Assembly: GCA_010015585.1 (NCBI GenBank)
Contig: ML975159.1
Direction: 5' to 3' (one strand)
From: Eremomyces bilateralis CBS 781.70
Lineage: Eukaryota
DNA: 42,466 nt
In this document: positions 38,348-42,466 of the stretch, one piece after another
How positions within the stretch are numbered: the stretch's first letter is position 1
How the letters are laid out: every line of letters starts with the position of its first letter
Notes under the pieces: generated by a model
The model's input: only the letters and a program-made list of their open reading frames with translations
The model's database searches: none
What the model was told of the DNA's origin: nothing
Position numbers and translations under genes: made by a program

Positions 38348-39648
38348 CTATAGTCTAAAGCAATTGGCATAATACGTCACCGACGCCGGCCAGTCCGAAA
38401 ACACCTTGCTCACCCCCACCTGCCTCGCCAGCACATCCAGCACCGTATACAGATCCCCATCCTTCTTCATCGCCGGTATCACTGTGCTGTAATAATACTC
38501 ATCAGCCTCCCACGTCGCCACCGGGCCCGACCGGTCAAAGCTCCACGTGATGATCTCCATCCCCAGCCGCTTCGACTCCTTCGCGTAGCTCGACGGCACG
38601 ATTTTGCCCTCCGCATCCAGCGCCAGAAGTCCCGCAATCGACGGCGCGATGATGTTCACCCCATTCTCACGGTACGTTGTCAGGTTTGCGACCGCGGCGT
38701 CGAAGCCCGCGGGGTCGATGGTTGGCTCGGTCAGGTAGACGGCCTGCTTGCCGTAGTTGGGCTCGTGTTGGATCCAGTAGTACACGTCGTCGACGAGGAA
38801 GCTCTGCGGGTAGACGCGCTTAGGGTCGATGCCGGCCGCTTTGTACTCGTCGATCAGCTGTTGCGCGTAGGCGGCTTGCGTGTAGTCGGGGGTGCCGAAC
38901 GGCATCGGCACGCCCGGGGTCTTGAGTTCCGGGGTGAATTTCAGGCCAAGGCTGTCGGTGAATTCGATATATTCTTTATGGGAGGCGACGGTGCCGCAGG
39001 TGGCGTAGACGTCGGTGCGGAAGTCGGGAGTGCCGTCGATGTACTCAGCGACGGTGGTGGCATTGACGTTTTGGCCTTCCATTTTGCCGCAGAGGGACTT
39101 GAATTCCGCAAGGGTGATATCGCTGGTGCAGCATTTCGCGGAGGCGGACGTACTACCGGATGCAGGGGTGAAAGGTGTGGTGCATTTCGCTGCTAGAGGG
39201 GTGGCGAGGATATTCGTGGTGTAGTGCAAGTCGCACTGTGGTTGAGTCAACTTTGATGTTTGAGGAACAAGTTCCCCGGCAAACATACCTGGTCATGCCG
39301 GCAGACAAGCTGTTTATCCTGAGTGAACGCGACGTCGCATTCGAGGACTCCCGCACCTTGCCGGGCAGCAGCGGTCCACGCTTCGAAGGTCTCCTCTGGG
39401 AATTGAAGGGAGGCACCACGATGGGCAATCGTGAATTCCGTAGCAGAGAACGGGCCTTCAGAGCATGACTGGAGCTTCTCTTTTAGAGGACCATTATCCA
39501 TATCATTGACCAAGTAATATGGTCTATCGCCCACTTGGACGTTCAGCTTGTTCGACCCATGGTGCCCATTCCAATTATGTCCCCCTCTTCCCCAAGGCGA
39601 CGCAGACGCGAATCCGATAGAGAGAGAAGCAATGAGAACAGACCTCAT
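38348..39648 (-). CDS. Secreted glycerophosphoryl diester phosphodiesterase (GDPD, GlpQ-like), ~415 aa, 2 exons
   Basis: Exons 39648-39289 and 39235-38348. Signal peptide [58 protein letters not shown]. Confidence 0.93.
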
Positions 39649-40021
39649 CTTGGGAAACTCAAGGACTCAACCGAATTGACTAGATACAAGGACAAGAATG
39701 AAGATGCCGAGATAAGATCCAGAGCAACGGGAGCTGTAGCTTTAAACCTACGGTACCTACTACGTAGTTCCCAGGATGAGGGGATGGGTCCGTATCCGTG
39801 TTCCCTGCATTCATATGATTGCGTACATAGTAGAAGCGAGTTATCCCATACCTCGTGGGTAGATTTACACACTAAGCACCTTACCGACCTATTAGCAAGT
39901 TATCTTGCATATCCCCAGCCGATCACAACGAATCCTAGGACGATCCAAGGCACACGTGAGTAAAAACACGGGAGAGCCGGCATACCATATCGCCTCTAGG
40001 AGTTGCCTGGGACGGGTATCC

Positions 40022-40092
40022 TTGGATGCTTAGCTGGATCCTTAGCTGGATGCTTAGTTGGATGCTTAGTTGGATGCTTCGTTGGATGCGTG
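40022..40092. repeat. 12-bp tandem repeat (TTGGATGCTTAG-like, ~6 copies)
   Basis: TTGGATGCTTAG CTGGATCCTTAG CTGGATGCTTAG TTGGATGCTTAG TTGGATGCTTCG TTGGATGCGTG read directly. Confidence 0.9.
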
Positions 40093-40288
40093 GAGGGATG
40101 AATGGGTGTTAACTGTTGGTCGTTAGCAGTCAAGATGAGCCGATGAGGTTCTCCCGAAATTGGATCGGCAGGGTAAGGAGGTACCGCGTTAGTAGGCCTG
40201 AGAGCCTGGGGCACGAGGTGGTCTTCTATCCATTGATTGGTTGGAGATTGTAGGTCATCACGTGATCTTGATGATACATCGTATGTGA

Positions 40289-40826
40289 TTAGCTCGTAAT
40301 GCCAGACGTTAGATTACGACTCTCTTGCTTACATCAGCACCTTAGCCCCTTCGAGTACTCTAAGGCAGATATAAGACAAGTCTTCATATAACGTCTGGGG
40401 AAAATGTGTTTCGATTCCTTTCACGGCTGCGGGCAGCGGACGAACAAGCCATAGATCGGATCTTCTCGTGCCGGGAACTCTTTGTCCAGGCCTTGTTGAC
40501 TCGATTCTTAGTGGACCGAGCTGGCAGGGTGTGGGACAGGCGGAGAGACAGGCGGAGGAAATATTCACTGGATCGGACGGCGAAAACTAGTATGGGGTTG
40601 ATGCAGATAATAATGAGGATGGCAATGATCCCCAGGAAACAGATGAGGAAGCTTTCGTCACTTTAGAGCCTCTGGATTTTGACAAATAAACTTTATTTAT
40701 TGTTGCATACAAATCGTTGCACCTTTAATACAAAAGTAGCCAGACGGGCTGAAGCCCTGAACCCTTACTGCGAATTTATTCCTTAGTAAGCTTCTAGGGC
40801 TTGGCACGTCTGGTATTACGAGATAA
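40289..40826. mobile_element. Putative non-autonomous/degenerate DNA element bounded by 21-bp imperfect inverted repeats
   Basis: 40289-40309 TTAGCTCGTAATGCCAGACGT versus the reverse complement of 40806-40826, TTATCTCGTAATACCAGACGT (19/21). Contains a stop-interrupted acidic reading-frame remnant and a long hairpin at the right end. Confidence 0.45.
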
Positions 40827-42110
40827 ACTGATAGATATCACACATGCCCACACTCAGATAGTTCTCTTTTCTTCTGTAAGCTTTACTGCTTTAGAATAAT
40901 GAAAGTGGTTATTGCAGACCATCGCACTCTAAACCATCTCACCGGTGTACGAAAAGGCGCGTAAATGCCGAAAAATGAACGCTAACGCAGAAACTCGCTA
41001 TATTTGCCAATATGCTCCTAAAGAAACTTGATTTGGAATTTCGCTCATGATAACGGTAGGGCACCTTGGAGCCGGACGTTGCGAACATCCGACATCATCT
41101 CCTGTGAAGGGACCATCGTTCTATGACTCCGAGGATGCTTTTGAACACTCCCCTCAGCCTCCCTCATTCGATTCGCTTCATTGGGACGGATCCGATAGAT
41201 CCGACGGCTGTCCGCGACGTAAGCCTTGAGCTATAGAAAGCTGAGTAGGTAGAAAAGGCAGAACAGGATAAGTAGGATACTTGAAACCCTTCGGGAGTGC
41301 CGGTGACCGATGGATTCTATCCCAACTTCGGAGATTCCAGAATGCCTAGGGACTGAAGATGGAGAAGCTGCATGCGTTGGCCCTTTCACCGTTTCGTATT
41401 TTTATGTTCCCAGTCTCATAGCTTCATCGATGAACGGATGAATGGATGAACAGGTGAATGTGCCCGCCTTTCCTCGCGTCGCCCTTACCTTGCCTTGCCA
41501 CTCCCATACCACCGTGTCCAGGCCCGATCCGGGGGACCCGAACGCTGAAGGAATGCAGTCAAGCCCAACAATGAGGTACGAGGATTCAGGGACCAACTCG
41601 ACGGATGGACCTCATGATGTCGTTCCAAGATTCGTGTCATGGTGGCGAGGCGGGGATGCGGGCCGTAGACGCGGGCATCGGGATCATCGTGGCCGAGCGG
41701 ATCAATGGGCTCCATGACCGAGGGTCAGATGCTGCAGGCACAATTCTAACTCGCGCTCGCCATTAAGACATAAGTGAGATGGCTCGACCGCTCTACTGAA
41801 CTCGAGCTGGAGTATGGAGGCCACTCTAATAAACCTTAAAAGAAAACTAGAGGCGAGTTTTAATAAATGACGGGATATAACTCATAGAAAAATAACCTAA
41901 TAAAAGAAGCATACGGTACAGCGTTGGACAGTGAATACTAGAACGGTGATGAGGACTGGTATGCCAGGATTCATAGAAGAGAGGGCGCAAGCGAAACAAG
42001 CAGCAGCGAATTGGAATAAGAAGAGGATCGGTGAGCGAAAATGAAATCGGGGGAAAGGGAGCTAGCAATTCATCGGCAGTAGGCAGGATTTAGAGGGATT
42101 AGGGCTGGAC

Positions 42111-42240
42111 ACGAATATTCGATTACGAATATTCGTACGAATATTCGTAGTCGAATACGAATAAAATTTAGAATTTCCGCTTACTAATATTCGTACGAAT
42201 AATATTCGCATTATTCGTAATTATTCGTAATTATTCGTAA
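42111..42240. repeat. Subterminal repeat array of the hAT element
   Basis: Multiple ACGAATATTCG/ATTCGTA units in both orientations, a perfect 26-bp palindrome TACGAATATTCGTACGAATATTCGTA at 42124-42149, and TTATTCGTAA x3 at 42211-42240. Confidence 0.9.
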
Positions 42241-42250
42241 ATCTCTGAAG

Positions 42251-42466
42251 CTATTTCCATGTATCTCGCAGCATCATAAGACGCCTCATAGTCTCTGCAC
42301 TCATTGAGCTCCTCCGCACTCCTAAGAGATCTCTTCCCCCACTGAACAGTCTTTCGACTGATACCCCAGATGCTGGTATAGCCAAATAATCTCTGGCAGC
42401 TGCAGCCATACGTGGGTACTCATGGTAATGAGACCTCCACCAAGAGAGCAACCAGTCCTTCTCTTT
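42251..42466 (-). CDS. hAT transposase C-terminal dimerisation domain (partial)
   Basis: LSWWRSHYHEYPRMAAAARDYLAIPASGVSVERLFSGGRDLLGVRRSSMSAETMRRLM matches the WW..P.LA..AR..L.IPA.S...ER.FS dimerisation motif. Frame open to the window edge. Confidence 0.92.
   Translation of the reverse strand, partial: KEKDWLLSWWRSHYHEYPRMAAAARDYLAIPASGVSVERLFSGGRDLLGVRRSSMSAETMRRLMMLRDTWK

Larger units (their letters stand above)
42100..42466 (-). mobile_element. hAT-superfamily DNA transposon, 3' terminus (continues beyond the window)
   Basis: Terminus TAGGGCTGGAC at 42100 (hAT-like TAGGG start), ACGAATATTCG subterminal repeats at 42111-42240, followed by the transposase C-terminus. Confidence 0.85.

Noticed and set aside
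40830..40845. TATCACA resembling an LTR 3' end
   Set aside because: No matching TG start, second LTR, PBS/PPT or TSD was found.
40960..41760. Short ORFs and stop-rich coding-like sequence upstream of the hAT end
   Set aside because: No recognisable motif or consistent splice model; may be relic DNA but cannot be called.
42111..42240. Palindromic repeat array considered as CRISPR-like or telomeric
   Set aside because: Eukaryotic context, no unique spacers, no TTAGGG array; fully explained as hAT subterminal repeats.

Overview
Eukaryotic, intron-containing DNA from a filamentous ascomycete (Pezizomycotina; GT-AG introns with CTAAC-type branch points). The exact taxon cannot be determined from the sequence. 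I can reconstruct about 12 intact genes: two MFS transporters, an SDR, a small two-exon protein only partly visible in the ORF track, an Slt2/MpkA MAP kinase, an IKS1-type kinase, REI1, a HeLo-like/ankyrin protein, a BTB+MATH-like protein, the MET10 sulfite reductase flavoprotein, a Cys-rich F-box-like protein and a secreted GDPD. The 3' tail of one more gene lies at the left edge. Accessory material includes a head-to-head pair of co-decayed pseudogenes (coiled-coil protein plus HSPA12-type Hsp70) at 10.8-14.6 kb. The right end is rich in mobile DNA: a mutated 12-bp array, a 538-bp segment bounded by inverted repeats with an ~85-nt hairpin, and one terminus of a hAT transposon with palindromic subterminal repeats. 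Most genes show a sense-strand C-rich to G-rich switch just before the stop codon. All family assignments come from motif recognition by eye; no database searches were run.
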